Assembly: GCA_963793425.1 (NCBI GenBank)
Contig: CAWCAG010000009.1
Location: forward strand, 864,001-928,000
Length of the DNA stretch: 64,000 bases
DNA from: an uncultured cyanobacterium
GTDB lineage: Bacteria; Cyanobacteriota; Cyanobacteriia; Cyanobacteriales; CAWCAG01
Direction of reading: 5' to 3'
In this document: in pieces, positions 1 through 10,672 of the stretch
Layout of the letters: each line of letters begins with the position of its first letter
Numbering within the stretch: the first letter of the stretch is position 1
Program-made: the position numbers and the translations under genes
The notes under the pieces: generated by a model
Databases searched by the model: none
Seen by the model: the letters and a program-made list of their open reading frames with translations, nothing else
Told to the model about the DNA's origin: nothing

Positions 1-2643
1 GAACGCGAAGAGCAGTTCACAGAATATTTGAAGCGGGTAATGCTGATAGAGGCAACAATTGGCTCTCCGCAAGATTTAGCTTGGTTTTTAGCTTCCTATG
101 CCAAAGATGCAAAGGCACGAGTCGAGAAAACCAATTTGCTTTATCTATCGCAAGTTCGAGAAGCATTGGAAAAAGCATTAGGTATTTCCTTCACAGGAGA
201 CAAAAAAAATCCTGATAAAGGCAAACAATTTTTCCAATCAACTTTGATTCAGACCTTGTTCTACGGTATCTTCTCAGCATGGGTACTGTGGCATCGACAA
301 GATGAACAAGGGCGCTTTGATTGGCGGACGGCTGTTTGGTATTTACGTGTACCGATGATCCAAGCTTTGTTCTCTAAAGTTGCTACACCTACAAATTTAG
401 GAAGGTTAGAACTAGTAGAGGTATTAGATTGGGCAGGAGATGCTCTAAACCGGGTTGATCGTAAGTCTTTTTTCTCGAAATTTGATGAAGGGCAAGCTGT
501 TCAATATTTCTATGAGCCGTTTCTCCAAGCGTTTGATCCGCAGCTTCGCAAAGATTTAGGGGTTTGGTACACGCCACCAGAAATTGTGAAGTATATGGTA
601 GCAAGAGTGGATACAGTACTACGGGAAGAATTAAATATTGCTGACGGGTTGGCTGATCCTCATGTCTATGTACTTGATCCCTGTTGTGGCACAGGGGCTT
701 ATTTGGTGGAGGTGCTGCGGAAGATTGATGAAACCCTGAAAACAAACGGCGCAGATGCTTTAGGTGGCTCAGCTTTGAAGCAGGCAGCAATAGAAAGAAT
801 ATTTGGCTTTGAAATTCTTACGGCTCCTTTTGTTGTAGCACATTTACAGTTGGGGTTATTATTGCAGAATTTGGGAGTACCTTTAGTTGAAGAAAGAGAA
901 CGAGTAGCTGTTTATCTAACTAATGCTTTGACAGGATGGCAACCTCCTGATATTCAAGGAAAACAAAAGATTAAACAGTTAGAGTTGAATTTTCCAGAGT
1001 TAAATCAAGAAAGAGAAGCCGCAAACGAAGTAAAACAAGGAAAACCAATTTTAGTGGTTTTAGGAAATCCCCCTTACAATGCCTATGCAGGAACTTCTCC
1101 GGCAGAAGAGGAAGGTTTAGTTGAGGAGTATAAGGAGGGTTTGATAGAGGAATGGGGAATTAAAAAGTTTAATTTAGATGACCTCTATGTGCGGTTTTTT
1201 CGGTTAGCAGAAAGGTGTATTTCTGAACAAACCAAAAAGGGCGTTGTTTGTTATATTTCTAATCACTCTTGGGTGAGCGATCCATCTTTTGTAGTTTTAA
1301 GAAAACATTTGTTAGACAATTTCAACAAGTTTTGGATTGAGAATATGCACGGAAATCGTAAAATCTCCGAATATGCACCAGATGGAAAAACTAGCGAAAC
1401 AATTTTTTCTATTCCAGGCTTTTCAGCAGGTATTCGGCAAGGTGTCGCAATTTCACTTTGGGTCAAGAAGGAGAATGATTCAGAAACGACCGTTCTATTT
1501 CGAGATAACTTAAATGCAGCTAAAGCAGTTGAACGTAGACAGCAGTTGTTAGATAGTCTTAAGGATAATGATTTTGATAGGAATTATCAAATAGTAAAAC
1601 CATCCGACAAAACCCGTTACTCATTGCGGTTTTCAGAAGTTGAAGACTATTATTATGACTGGCCAAAATTAACAGAGTTTTGTGCGATCGCTCCTAGCAA
1701 CGGCTTAATGGAAAAGCGGGGAGGAGCATTAATTGATATTGATAGAGATGCCTTAGAAAAGCGTATGAGGGCTTATCTTAATCCAAAATTAAGTTGGGAT
1801 GATTATGTGGCATTAGATTATGGCTTGGTTAAACCGAGAGCAAGTTTTACTCCTAAAGTAGCACGACGAAAAATACTTTTAGAAGAGCAGTTCGATCAAC
1901 TTCGATTAAAGCGATATGCCCTAAGACCATTTGATACTCGTTGGTGTTACTACACCTCTGTAGGTGGAGTTTGGAATCGATCTCGTCCTTCTCTTTGGAA
2001 ACAGTGCTGGTCAGGAAATTCATTTTTGATGACTCGCCCCAGTGGAGTTGCCAGTCCGGAAGGGTGTCCATTTTTCTTCACTCGGCTATTAGGAGATAAT
2101 GATTTTTTACGGGGCCATGGTTATTACTTCCCGATGCAACTGATGAACGGAGCAAGGTTGCGCCCAAAAGAACAACTGAGTTTGCTAGATTTGTTAGGAG
2201 AAAAGCCAGAGGTCGATCAACCTTTTGCTAATCTCTCTGGGGCTGCCCGTACTTATCTAACAGAATTGGGATTACCCAATCCAGATGAAGACAGGGAGAC
2301 AGCTTTGCTGATTTGGATGCACGCCCTGGGAATTGGTTATTCCCCTGACTACCTCACAGAAAATGCCGATGGCATTCGTCAAGACTTCCCTCGCATTCCC
2401 CTTCCCAAAAATCGCCAACTTCTGATTGCTAGTGCAAACTTAGGACAACAGATTGCTACCTTACTGGATACTGAAACTCCTGTTTCCGGGGTAACATTAG
2501 GTAAAATTAGAGATGGATTGAAGGCGATCGCAGTTATCTCTTGTGTGGATGGTGGACAACTTAACCCCGACACAGACCTAGGAATCAACGCTAACTGGGG
2601 TTATAGTGGGGCTAGAGAGGCAACAACCTGCATTCCTGCTTGA
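1..2643 (+). CDS. N6-adenine DNA methyltransferase with type ISP/IIG-like specificity domain; 5' end lies outside the window, probably 3'-truncated
   Basis: Frame is open from base 1. Motif I LDPCCGTGAYL, motif IV GNPPY, plus GVWYTP, DDLYVRFF, YALRPFD and DFPRIPLP motifs. Ends abruptly after NWGYSG, overlapping the convergent gene. Confidence 0.85.
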   Translation, partial: EREEQFTEYLKRVMLIEATIGSPQDLAWFLASYAKDAKARVEKTNLLYLSQVREALEKALGISFTGDKKNPDKGKQFFQSTLIQTLFYGIFSAWVLWHRQDEQGRFDWRTAVWYLRVPMIQALFSKVATPTNLGRLELVEVLDWAGDALNRVDRKSFFSKFDEGQAVQYFYEPFLQAFDPQLRKDLGVWYTPPEIVKYMVARVDTVLREELNIADGLADPHVYVLDPCCGTGAYLVEVLRKIDETLKTNGADALGGSALKQAAIERIFGFEILTAPFVVAHLQLGLLLQNLGVPLVEERERVAVYLTNALTGWQPPDIQGKQKIKQLELNFPELNQEREAANEVKQGKPILVVLGNPPYNAYAGTSPAEEEGLVEEYKEGLIEEWGIKKFNLDDLYVRFFRLAERCISEQTKKGVVCYISNHSWVSDPSFVVLRKHLLDNFNKFWIENMHGNRKISEYAPDGKTSETIFSIPGFSAGIRQGVAISLWVKKENDSETTVLFRDNLNAAKAVERRQQLLDSLKDNDFDRNYQIVKPSDKTRYSLRFSEVEDYYYDWPKLTEFCAIAPSNGLMEKRGGALIDIDRDALEKRMRAYLNPKLSWDDYVALDYGLVKPRASFTPKVARRKILLEEQFDQLRLKRYALRPFDTRWCYYTSVGGVWNRSRPSLWKQCWSGNSFLMTRPSGVASPEGCPFFFTRLLGDNDFLRGHGYYFPMQLMNGARLRPKEQLSLLDLLGEKPEVDQPFANLSGAARTYLTELGLPNPDEDRETALLIWMHALGIGYSPDYLTENADGIRQDFPRIPLPKNRQLLIASANLGQQIATLLDTETPVSGVTLGKIRDGLKAIAVISCVDGGQLNPDTDLGINANWGYSGAREATTCIPA

Positions 2644-3617
2644 GAAAACCTCTCAAAAGCCTCATCTGCTTGGGGAGTATAATTTACCACTCCTGGTACA
2701 ACTACAGCAGAAGTACAATCTTCTAATAAATAAATCTTTTTCGCTAAACTAGGATCTTTGGCTTGAATAGAAGTGAGTAAATCTTCAATCGTCCAAGCGA
2801 CACAATGACTTTTAGCTTGCCCGGCAATAAATACTTGATCAAACTCTAATAAAGCAGAAATTAAAGTGGTATTTTTCTGTGCGATCGCCTCCCCTTGAGC
2901 ATTTTCCATAACCTCCGGTTGCAACACAGAATAGTTTTCTGTTAGGGGGTTATTTCCTTTTAGTTCATAACGAGTTTGACTCTGACGGGCAATAGAATGA
3001 AAGAAAATCGCCTCTTCCACCGCAGGTACTAAAGCATGACCTATACCGCCCAACATAGAATGGTAAGGCCAGATAGTTAAGGGATATTTACCCCTTTGAG
3101 TTAATTGGCTAACGTAATGATAGGCATAATTTTGTAAGGCAGAATAGTCTCCACCAGCTACATCATCAGCAACCGCAGGGTTAACCTGCCATAAGCTTTT
3201 TTCTACATCCTCTGGAGTAATAGTAGTGGCAGCAGGGGTAGGATGTTTTCCTTCTTTATCTACCCAAAAAATTGGGTGAAATATTTGCATGGTACTATGG
3301 GTATCTAAGGTCGGAATAATCTTACTAATTTTCCCCAGGTTGCGATAAATAAATTCGCATAGTCTCAGATTATCTTCTACCGCACCTTGTCCGGAGTTTC
3401 CCCCCACAAATAGTTCAAATTCTGGCAAACAGAAAGTATTTTGTACATCAATAAGTAAAAGACAAACTTTAGTTTGATCTTGGACTGCGGGTTTTAATTG
3501 GTATTTTTCTGCCCATTGTTGCGCCTGCTGCGCCCTTTCTTGATAAGGAACCCGCCAAAATTCCCCTACTACTTCCGGGTTGAAAAAATCTGGGATGGGG
3601 GTTGAGGAAATGTTCAT
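2601..3617 (-). CDS. isochorismatase/nicotinamidase-like cysteine hydrolase
   Basis: LLIDVQNTF, TLDTH, WPYH and GQAKSHCV motifs. Confidence 0.85.
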   Translation of the reverse strand: MNISSTPIPDFFNPEVVGEFWRVPYQERAQQAQQWAEKYQLKPAVQDQTKVCLLLIDVQNTFCLPEFELFVGGNSGQGAVEDNLRLCEFIYRNLGKISKIIPTLDTHSTMQIFHPIFWVDKEGKHPTPAATTITPEDVEKSLWQVNPAVADDVAGGDYSALQNYAYHYVSQLTQRGKYPLTIWPYHSMLGGIGHALVPAVEEAIFFHSIARQSQTRYELKGNNPLTENYSVLQPEVMENAQGEAIAQKNTTLISALLEFDQVFIAGQAKSHCVAWTIEDLLTSIQAKDPSLAKKIYLLEDCTSAVVVPGVVNYTPQADEAFERFSQAGMQVVASLAPL

Positions 3618-3710
3618 ATCTTTTCAGTTTAAAGGCATCTTAGCTTACATTAGCTTAAGCAAGAACCCATGTTTGTTATTATCCCTATTAGCCATTAGCA
3701 ACTAAATTCA

Positions 3711-4433
3711 ATGCCAAGAGAAGATGCAGATTACAAGCTTGATGATTATTTAGCCAGAGCTAATGATATTTATACTATAACTAAATACAAAATTGCCCTG
3801 GATTGGCTACCAAAAAAATCAGGGCTTAATATTCTGAATGCAGGTTGTGGTTCAGGGGAAATGAATATTTTGCTTTCTCAACAAAGTACTTGGCAAGTTG
3901 AGGCTATTGATGTTGATCCTCAAGCGATTTATTTGTCTCAAAAGTTAAAAAAACAAGGTAATCTAACTAACTTGAATGTAGTTCATTCTACGATTGAAAA
4001 ACATCAATGTTCCCAACCCTACGATATCATCGTTTCTAACGATGTTTTAGAACATATTCAAGATGATGTCCAGGCAGTAAAAAAGCTAGCTGAGATGCTT
4101 GTTCCTCAAGGCACTTTATGTATTTCTGTCCCTGCCTATCCCTGGTTATTTGGCTACCATGATGAAAAGTTAGGTCATTATAGACGTTATAGTCGCCAAG
4201 ATTTACTCAAAACCCTAACCCCCCATTTCCAGATTAAGCAATGCCGTTACTTTGCCGCTAGTCTCATTCCTGTGGTATTAGCTTATAGCTGTTGGGGGAG
4301 AAAGCCTTATCCTGTGGGTAATTTAAGAAAGAAATCTTGGTTAAAAAGTGTTCTCGACCAAATTCTTACCCTAGAAGCGAAGATTAGTTTACCTGTGGGG
4401 ATATCCCTAATAGTTTTAGCAACGAAGAAATAG
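3711..4433 (+). CDS. class I SAM-dependent methyltransferase
   Basis: LNAGCGSG, DVLEHI and GHYRRY motifs. Confidence 0.85.
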   Translation: MPREDADYKLDDYLARANDIYTITKYKIALDWLPKKSGLNILNAGCGSGEMNILLSQQSTWQVEAIDVDPQAIYLSQKLKKQGNLTNLNVVHSTIEKHQCSQPYDIIVSNDVLEHIQDDVQAVKKLAEMLVPQGTLCISVPAYPWLFGYHDEKLGHYRRYSRQDLLKTLTPHFQIKQCRYFAASLIPVVLAYSCWGRKPYPVGNLRKKSWLKSVLDQILTLEAKISLPVGISLIVLATKK

Positions 4434-4463
4434 AATAATAATATCTCCTCTACAACGCAATTA

Positions 4464-6050
4464 ATGAACCTAAACCAACTACTTATTTGGACTATCTGTT
4501 TATCCTGCATCGCTTTTTTAATTCGTGCCTTTCGTTCTAACCCTAAGCGTAATTTAGGCTGGGTAATAGTTGCGGGAGCTATTTTAACTATAACCTTAGT
4601 AGGATGGGCATTCGTTCCTGATTTAGCAGGTGTAATTGGTGGTGTCCTCTGGGGAATATTTTTGTTGGTTCCCCTGATTGGTTTCACTAAAGTCAACAAG
4701 CTAATTTATCAACAGCGTTATAAACAAGCCCGTTTCCTCGCTGTTTATTTAAGGTGGTTGCATCCGGCAGATGGTTGGTTTGAACAGCCAGAATTGTTAC
4801 GGGCTTTATCTTTAGGGCAGAGGGGACAAATGGAAGAAGCTTTTGCTATCCTCCAACATCATCAAAATACCCGTAGCCCGATTGGTAGAGATGCAGCTAT
4901 TTTACTTTACTGGATGGGTTCTCGCTGGCATGAATGTTTAGCTTGGATGAGGCAGAATTTTAGTGAAGCTACTTTGTGTAAAGAACCTGGTTTAGCCCTA
5001 TTTTATTTGCGGGGTTTAGGAGAAACTGGAGACTTGAATGGTTTGTTGCGGGGGATAGAGGGTTCTGAGAGGAGCTTAGAAAGGTCTGGAGATGTATTAA
5101 GGTTAAACTTGGTGCGGATGTATGGTTTAGCTTTTTGCGGGGAAGTTGAGGCTGTAGAAGAGTTGTTGGAGACAAATTTATCTAGCTATTCAACAAATAT
5201 TAAACGCTTTTGGCAACTAACAGCCCAAAGAGTCGCTGGTAATCCGGTTAAGGAACAACTTTTAACTCTGCAAAATCAAGATAATTACACCCTAAAAAAT
5301 GCGATCGCTTGGCGTTTATCTCAACCCTTAGTTAAACCACAACAGGTTTTAAACCAAACTTCTCAACAAATTCTTACTCGTTTGAAAAAAGAAATTAAAC
5401 AGGAAGCGCGATATAGCTTTACACCCAAGGTTAAGGATAAAAAAGCCTACGCTACCTTCGGTTTAATTGCCCTGAATGTACTCTTTTTTCTCTTAGAAAT
5501 TAGATTAGGAGGTAGCACAAATACTGAGGTTTTATCTGCTTTAGGAGCATTAGAACCTGGGAAAGTTTGGCAAGGAGAATGGTGGCGTTTACTAAATGCG
5601 AATTTTCTCCATTTTGGCTACCTTCACTTATTAATGAACATGATCGGGCTTTATTTCCTCGGCCCTTATGTAGAAATGAGTTTGGGAATAAGTCGCTTTT
5701 TGCTAATTTATTTAACTAGCGGCATCGGAACTATGTTCTGTTTCACCCTCATTGCTATTTACTTTGGTAATCCTGCCCAACTTTTGGTTGGTGCATCAGC
5801 AGCAATTATGGGTTTATTGGGTGCAGTAGGGGCAATTTTATTGAAGGGTTGGCGACAAGAAAAAGCCCGCATTGCCCGCAAACGTCTTCGTATTTTCCTC
5901 TTTGTAGTGGTGCTTCAAGTAGCTTTTGATGCTGCTATTCCTGAAGTTAGCGGTTTGGCTCATATTTTAGGTTTGATTTTGGGCTTTTGTGTTGGTAGTG
6001 TGGTGCAAATTGGGATGCCACTGCACCGCAGTCATGGGCGTAAACTTTAA
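4464..6050 (+). CDS. rhomboid intramembrane serine protease with N-terminal extension
   Basis: WWRLL, FLHFGYLHLLMNM, catalytic Ser in GASAA, His in AHILG. Confidence 0.9.
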   Translation: MNLNQLLIWTICLSCIAFLIRAFRSNPKRNLGWVIVAGAILTITLVGWAFVPDLAGVIGGVLWGIFLLVPLIGFTKVNKLIYQQRYKQARFLAVYLRWLHPADGWFEQPELLRALSLGQRGQMEEAFAILQHHQNTRSPIGRDAAILLYWMGSRWHECLAWMRQNFSEATLCKEPGLALFYLRGLGETGDLNGLLRGIEGSERSLERSGDVLRLNLVRMYGLAFCGEVEAVEELLETNLSSYSTNIKRFWQLTAQRVAGNPVKEQLLTLQNQDNYTLKNAIAWRLSQPLVKPQQVLNQTSQQILTRLKKEIKQEARYSFTPKVKDKKAYATFGLIALNVLFFLLEIRLGGSTNTEVLSALGALEPGKVWQGEWWRLLNANFLHFGYLHLLMNMIGLYFLGPYVEMSLGISRFLLIYLTSGIGTMFCFTLIAIYFGNPAQLLVGASAAIMGLLGAVGAILLKGWRQEKARIARKRLRIFLFVVVLQVAFDAAIPEVSGLAHILGLILGFCVGSVVQIGMPLHRSHGRKL

Positions 6051-6088
6051 ACATTTATCATTAAACATTTATCATTTAAGGAAGGGGA

Positions 6089-6853
6089 ATGTCTCCAATA
6101 ATCATATTTGATATAGATGGTGTGATCCGAGATGTTAGTGGTTCTTATCGTCGGGCGATCGCAGATACAGTAGAACATTTTACTCAAGAAAAATATCGCC
6201 CAACCTTAACAGATATAGATAATCTGAAATCTGAAGGAATTTGGAACAATGATTGGCAAGCTTCCCAAGAATTAATCTGCCGCTTTTTTGAGTCTCAAGG
6301 AAGATCAAGAAAAGAATTAAACTTAGATTCTGAAGGAGCGATCGCCTTTTTTCAATCTCGTTATAGCGGTTCAGATCCCCATAATTGGACAGGTTATATT
6401 ACCACTGAACCTTTATTGGTAGAGCCAGAATATTTTACCAAATTACAAAAACAAAGTATTCCTTGGGGTTTTTTTAGCGGTGCGCCTCGCCTAGAAGCAG
6501 AGTATGTTTTAAAGCGGCTAGGCATCAATCAACCAATCTTAACTGCCATGGAAGATGCACCAGATAAGCCAGATCCCACAGGTTTATTTGCTACTATTAA
6601 AAAATTCACCTCAGATCCTCATACCCCAGTGATCTACATGGGGGATACTGTTGCTGATATGTATACAGTAACCAATGCCCAAAAGCAGCAACCAGAAAGA
6701 GTTTTTCTTGGTGTTGGCATCTTGCCTCCTCACATTCAAACTAATACAAAAGCTCAAGTTAACTACACAACCAAGTTAAAAGAAGCAGGGGCAAAAATTG
6801 TTTTAGGGAATCTCCAGGAGTTGGATTGGCAACAAGAGGAATTGTTTTCCTAA
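6089..6853 (+). CDS. HAD-superfamily hydrolase (cyanobacterial TIGR01548 type)
   Basis: FDIDGV motif I, WNNDW, KPDP, GDTVAD. Confidence 0.85.
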   Translation: MSPIIIFDIDGVIRDVSGSYRRAIADTVEHFTQEKYRPTLTDIDNLKSEGIWNNDWQASQELICRFFESQGRSRKELNLDSEGAIAFFQSRYSGSDPHNWTGYITTEPLLVEPEYFTKLQKQSIPWGFFSGAPRLEAEYVLKRLGINQPILTAMEDAPDKPDPTGLFATIKKFTSDPHTPVIYMGDTVADMYTVTNAQKQQPERVFLGVGILPPHIQTNTKAQVNYTTKLKEAGAKIVLGNLQELDWQQEELFS

Positions 6854-7261
6854 AGCAATATGATTTTAAAAGTTATATAAATTGAAGTAAACACAGCTAT
6901 GAAAATGAAGTTTAGTTTAGTTACTAAAAAATCAGGAAAAACAATGCTAAGTTAAGTAAGTGAAGTGAAGAAGCTTCCCTGGCAGATATATAAGCGCTAG
7001 GTAAACCGTCGAAGTTAGGAGTCAAAGGCGCTGTTCAACTCAACATCTGTCTCGTTAAACCAAAAACAGCAACTTAACTGGAAGCTAATATTTCCCAATC
7101 TTTGATAATTAAGGGAGCTTAAAAACAGCTCTGTTTAGTATTTATGAATGAGAGGAATCACCTTAGCACATCAGACTTAGTTGCTGTTTTTGCTATGGAT
7201 GAAACTTGCGATACAACATCGGAAATCAAAGATGTAGAATAGACAAAATGATGTCAGACAA

Positions 7262-7445
7262 ATGGCTAGTAGCGTCATAAAAATAAGTTATGAAGAGCTA
7301 AAAAATAAACCTCATGTCCTACAAAGCTTAACAGGTCTGACCAAAAAAGAATTTGAAGCATTAGAGGTAAGCTTTAGCCAAGCATGGTTAGCATTTGTAG
7401 AAGAAACATTCGGTGCAAAAGAGCGTAAACGTGCTTATAGGGCAG
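7262..7445 (+). pseudogene. N-terminal fragment of an IS transposase (HTH of DDE family)
   Basis: LQSLTGLTKKEFEAL...W resembles the N-terminal HTH of IS5/IS4-like transposases; no DDE domain follows. Confidence 0.6.
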
Positions 7446-7487
7446 AAAGTCTATTCTATCCCCCTATCCCACGATCTCCCTATCTCC

Positions 7488-8345
7488 CTAGCCCCCAATC
7501 TTCCCATTACCATACGGAGGATAACTAATTCCTTTTTCTACAAAAGCTTGCTTACAGCGCTTGCTTAAATCTGTTTTATAAGCTGTTTCAGCACGGACAT
7601 CCATAGGATAAGCTTTAAGCTGGAAATGACTACCCCAAGGCTTTTCTTCTAAAGAAACCACCACCGGAAGTTGAAGCTGAGTATACTTGCTGGTATAAGC
7701 AGCTTCTGTCAAAATTTCAATCACTAGCTGAGTATTAACATCATGGCTTAAATAAAAGTCTGTCACTACCTGGGCTTCTACATCTCCATCATTGGCATTA
7801 ATAATCGCCTCAGTCCAGATTTTATTGTGGGGGATAGTAACAGTATCATCAGTGAGAGTTTGTAAACGAAAACTTCTTAAACCGTAGGTAACGACCTCAC
7901 CATATTGTTCCCCAATTGTAATGCGATCCCCTACTCGATAGGTGGTTTCAAAAAGTACTACCGCACCAGCAATAACTGAACTAATATAATCTTTAAAAGC
8001 AAACCCTAAAGCAACAGCTACAGTGCCACTAAGGGCTAATATATTGGAAGGAGACAAATCTAAAAAGATATTGCTTATTGTTCCAGTGGTAACAATAACG
8101 ACTAAAAACTGCCAGAAAGGTAAAGATTGTCTTACTTCCGGACGAAGTTGCAAAGGAACTCTTTCGGATATCCAGTTAATTAGTTTATCAAGCAACCAAT
8201 TACTGATATAAGCGATTAAAAGAATAGCTAATGCTTGGGTGATTTTCCCTCTAGTTATATCTCCTATCAATTCTTTGGCTTTTTCAGCAGTTTCCGAACC
8301 CGCCTGGGCTAGATTAAGAGTTAATAGGTAATAGGGATTATTCAT
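7488..8345 (-). CDS. MscS-family mechanosensitive channel
   Basis: ALGFAFKD, YRVGDRI, GLRS and TIPH motifs. Confidence 0.85.
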   Translation of the reverse strand: MNNPYYLLTLNLAQAGSETAEKAKELIGDITRGKITQALAILLIAYISNWLLDKLINWISERVPLQLRPEVRQSLPFWQFLVVIVTTGTISNIFLDLSPSNILALSGTVAVALGFAFKDYISSVIAGAVVLFETTYRVGDRITIGEQYGEVVTYGLRSFRLQTLTDDTVTIPHNKIWTEAIINANDGDVEAQVVTDFYLSHDVNTQLVIEILTEAAYTSKYTQLQLPVVVSLEEKPWGSHFQLKAYPMDVRAETAYKTDLSKRCKQAFVEKGISYPPYGNGKIGG

Positions 8346-8354
8346 TTATTGTGA

Positions 8355-9128
8355 TTAAAACTGATCTTTTTTGCCTCGTAAACGAGAAAATACCCTGACT
8401 GGATCTTGAAGCCCTACTGCTTGTTGAATAGCTTGTGTATCCCAACGCAAAAAAGGGTTAGTTTGCTTTTCTATAGCTAGTTGAGAAGGAATTGTTGCTT
8501 GGGATTTTTCCCGTAGTCTTTTAACTTCCTGGTAACGAGTTTGTAGTTGAGAATTTTCTGGATCTACGGTTAAAGCGAATTTTAGATTTTGTAAAGTATA
8601 TTCGTGGGCGCACCAAATCCTCGTCTTATCTGGTAGTTTTCTTAATTTGCTCAAAGAATCAACCATTTGTGCTGGAGTGCCTTCTTTTAAACGTCCACAA
8701 CCCCCAGCGAAAATAGTATCACCGCAAAAAAGCTCTCCTGTTTCATTTTCCCTTTCAGATGGGAAATAATAGACGATATGGGCGCGGGTATGACCAGGCA
8801 CAAAAAAGACTTCTCCTACACGTTCAGAAAATTCAACGCGATCACCTTCTTGCAAAAATACTTGTTGTCCGGGAATTCTCCCCTGATCCTTTGCTCCTCC
8901 ATAAATACAAATTTCAGGAAAATGCTTTTGCAGATGAAGATTACCGCCGATATGATCGTAATGATGGTGAGTATTAAAAATTGCTATTAGTTGAGCATCC
9001 AACTGGTTTAAAAGTTTTAATACAGGCTGAGCTTCACCAGGATCAACAACCGCAGCCAGATTTTTTGAGCGATCATAGAGCAGAAAAATATAATTATCAG
9101 AGAAAGCCCGGAGGCGGTGTATTTCCAT
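8355..9128 (-). CDS. gloB: hydroxyacylglutathione hydrolase (glyoxalase II)
   Basis: DNYIF, THHHYDH, PGHT, FCGDTIF, CAHEYT and EKQTNPFLR motifs. Confidence 0.95.
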   Translation of the reverse strand: MEIHRLRAFSDNYIFLLYDRSKNLAAVVDPGEAQPVLKLLNQLDAQLIAIFNTHHHYDHIGGNLHLQKHFPEICIYGGAKDQGRIPGQQVFLQEGDRVEFSERVGEVFFVPGHTRAHIVYYFPSERENETGELFCGDTIFAGGCGRLKEGTPAQMVDSLSKLRKLPDKTRIWCAHEYTLQNLKFALTVDPENSQLQTRYQEVKRLREKSQATIPSQLAIEKQTNPFLRWDTQAIQQAVGLQDPVRVFSRLRGKKDQF

Positions 9129-9215
9129 AAACTATTCAAACTTGAAAAAGTGATTGTCAACCCTCGTATATCATAATAATGAGCTTTATTAAAACTGGGA
9201 GGGAACAATTTATTT

Positions 9216-9422
9216 ATGGTAGGAACTATTCAGGGGGAATCGAATCAGAACCTAAAGTCAGTTGTCAATCGTATTTTGGAAACCGGTTGTTTGACTCATC
9301 AAGAGCATTTTCAGCTAATGACTCACTTTCTTGCTAATTCTTCCTCTGAACAGGAAGATCGTTCCTCCCTCAATCGCGTTTTTGATGAACTGCAAATGGG
9401 TCGTTTACAATTTGTAGACTAG
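9216..9422 (+). CDS. small hypothetical protein
   Basis: 68-aa ORF with GGAGG RBS, first gene of a divergent unit. Confidence 0.65.
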   Translation: MVGTIQGESNQNLKSVVNRILETGCLTHQEHFQLMTHFLANSSSEQEDRSSLNRVFDELQMGRLQFVD

Positions 9423-9462
9423 TAAAGTAATGTCAAATTTTAGGGGATAATTACTTCAGAAA

Positions 9463-10623
9463 GTGCCACAAAAAGTTTCTCTTCTAGCACCAGATTTATC
9501 AGGAGGTGGGGGAACAAGAGCCTACCTCATCGCCAAAGTATTACAAAAGTTGCATTATGATGTTGAAGTTATTGGCTTTTTGTTCGGAGAAAGTCTTTAT
9601 CCTCTTCCGCCAGAAAATTTAGAGGTTAAATGGGTTGAAGGTTGCGACTATCCTCAATTAATTGGCTCTATTAAAAATCTGCAAAGAGAAATTAATGGGG
9701 AAATTATTTATGCTATTAAGCCCCGTTTGACTAGTTTTGGCATAGCTTTACTCAAAAGTTTGGGCAGTAGTAAGCCAGTAATTTTAGATATTGACGATTG
9801 GGAAATGAGTTGGTTTGGTGGTGATGATTGGCAATATCGCCCTAACCCTCGCCAACTTGCTAGGGATTTGCTGAAAAAAAACGGTGCTTTAAGAAACCCG
9901 GAACATCCTCTTTATTTGAGTTGGATGGAAAAGCTGATTGATAAAGCAGATCGGGTAACGGTTAATAACAAGTTTCTTCAATATCGCTACGGCGGTACTT
10001 ATTTGCCTAGTGGTAAGGATACAGAATTATTTGATCCTAATAAGTTTGATCCTCAAGAATGCCGTGCTAGATATGGTCTTTCTGAGTTTAGAGTATTAAT
10101 GTTTCCTGGTACAGCACGTCCCCATAAGGGTCTAGAAGACGTTTTAGCGGCTATTGAAGGGTTGAACCAGCCTGACTTAAAATTAGTCTTGGTAGGGGGC
10201 AGAGATATTGGTGACGGCTATGTCGAGAAATTAATGGCGGGTAAAGAACAGTATGTGATGAGATTGCCTCAAACCCCCCTTGACAAAATGCCAGAAGTTG
10301 TTGCCGCAGCAGATATTGTTGTTGTTCCTCAAAGGGAAAGCTTAACAGCTTGCGCCCAATTTCCCATTAAATTAACCGACGGCATGGCTATGGCTAAACC
10401 CATCATCTCAACTACAGTAGGTGACATTCCCGAAATTTTAGGGAATACTGGTTATTTAGTTGAACCTAGTTCTCCAGAACAAATAGCCGAAAAAATCGAG
10501 TTTATTTTTGCTAATTTAGAAACTGCCAATGCTAAAGGTACTGAAGCACGACAAAGATGTGTGAACAACTACGGCATAAATACTATGGCTGCTACTCTTT
10601 CTCAGCTAATTGAAGGAGTTTAG
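9463..10623 (+). CDS. glycosyltransferase family 4
   Basis: HKG, FPIKLTDGMAMAKPII and VGDIPE motifs. Confidence 0.9.
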   Translation: MPQKVSLLAPDLSGGGGTRAYLIAKVLQKLHYDVEVIGFLFGESLYPLPPENLEVKWVEGCDYPQLIGSIKNLQREINGEIIYAIKPRLTSFGIALLKSLGSSKPVILDIDDWEMSWFGGDDWQYRPNPRQLARDLLKKNGALRNPEHPLYLSWMEKLIDKADRVTVNNKFLQYRYGGTYLPSGKDTELFDPNKFDPQECRARYGLSEFRVLMFPGTARPHKGLEDVLAAIEGLNQPDLKLVLVGGRDIGDGYVEKLMAGKEQYVMRLPQTPLDKMPEVVAAADIVVVPQRESLTACAQFPIKLTDGMAMAKPIISTTVGDIPEILGNTGYLVEPSSPEQIAEKIEFIFANLETANAKGTEARQRCVNNYGINTMAATLSQLIEGV

Positions 10624-10672
10624 TAGAAATAGAGTTAGCACCTGAATATTATTCGATGAGCCAACATACCGA

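Noticed and set aside
6046..6078. 14-bp tandem duplication and other heptamer runs (13900-13935, 36200-36245, 56548-56576)
   Set aside because: Common cyanobacterial short tandem repeats; no further structure
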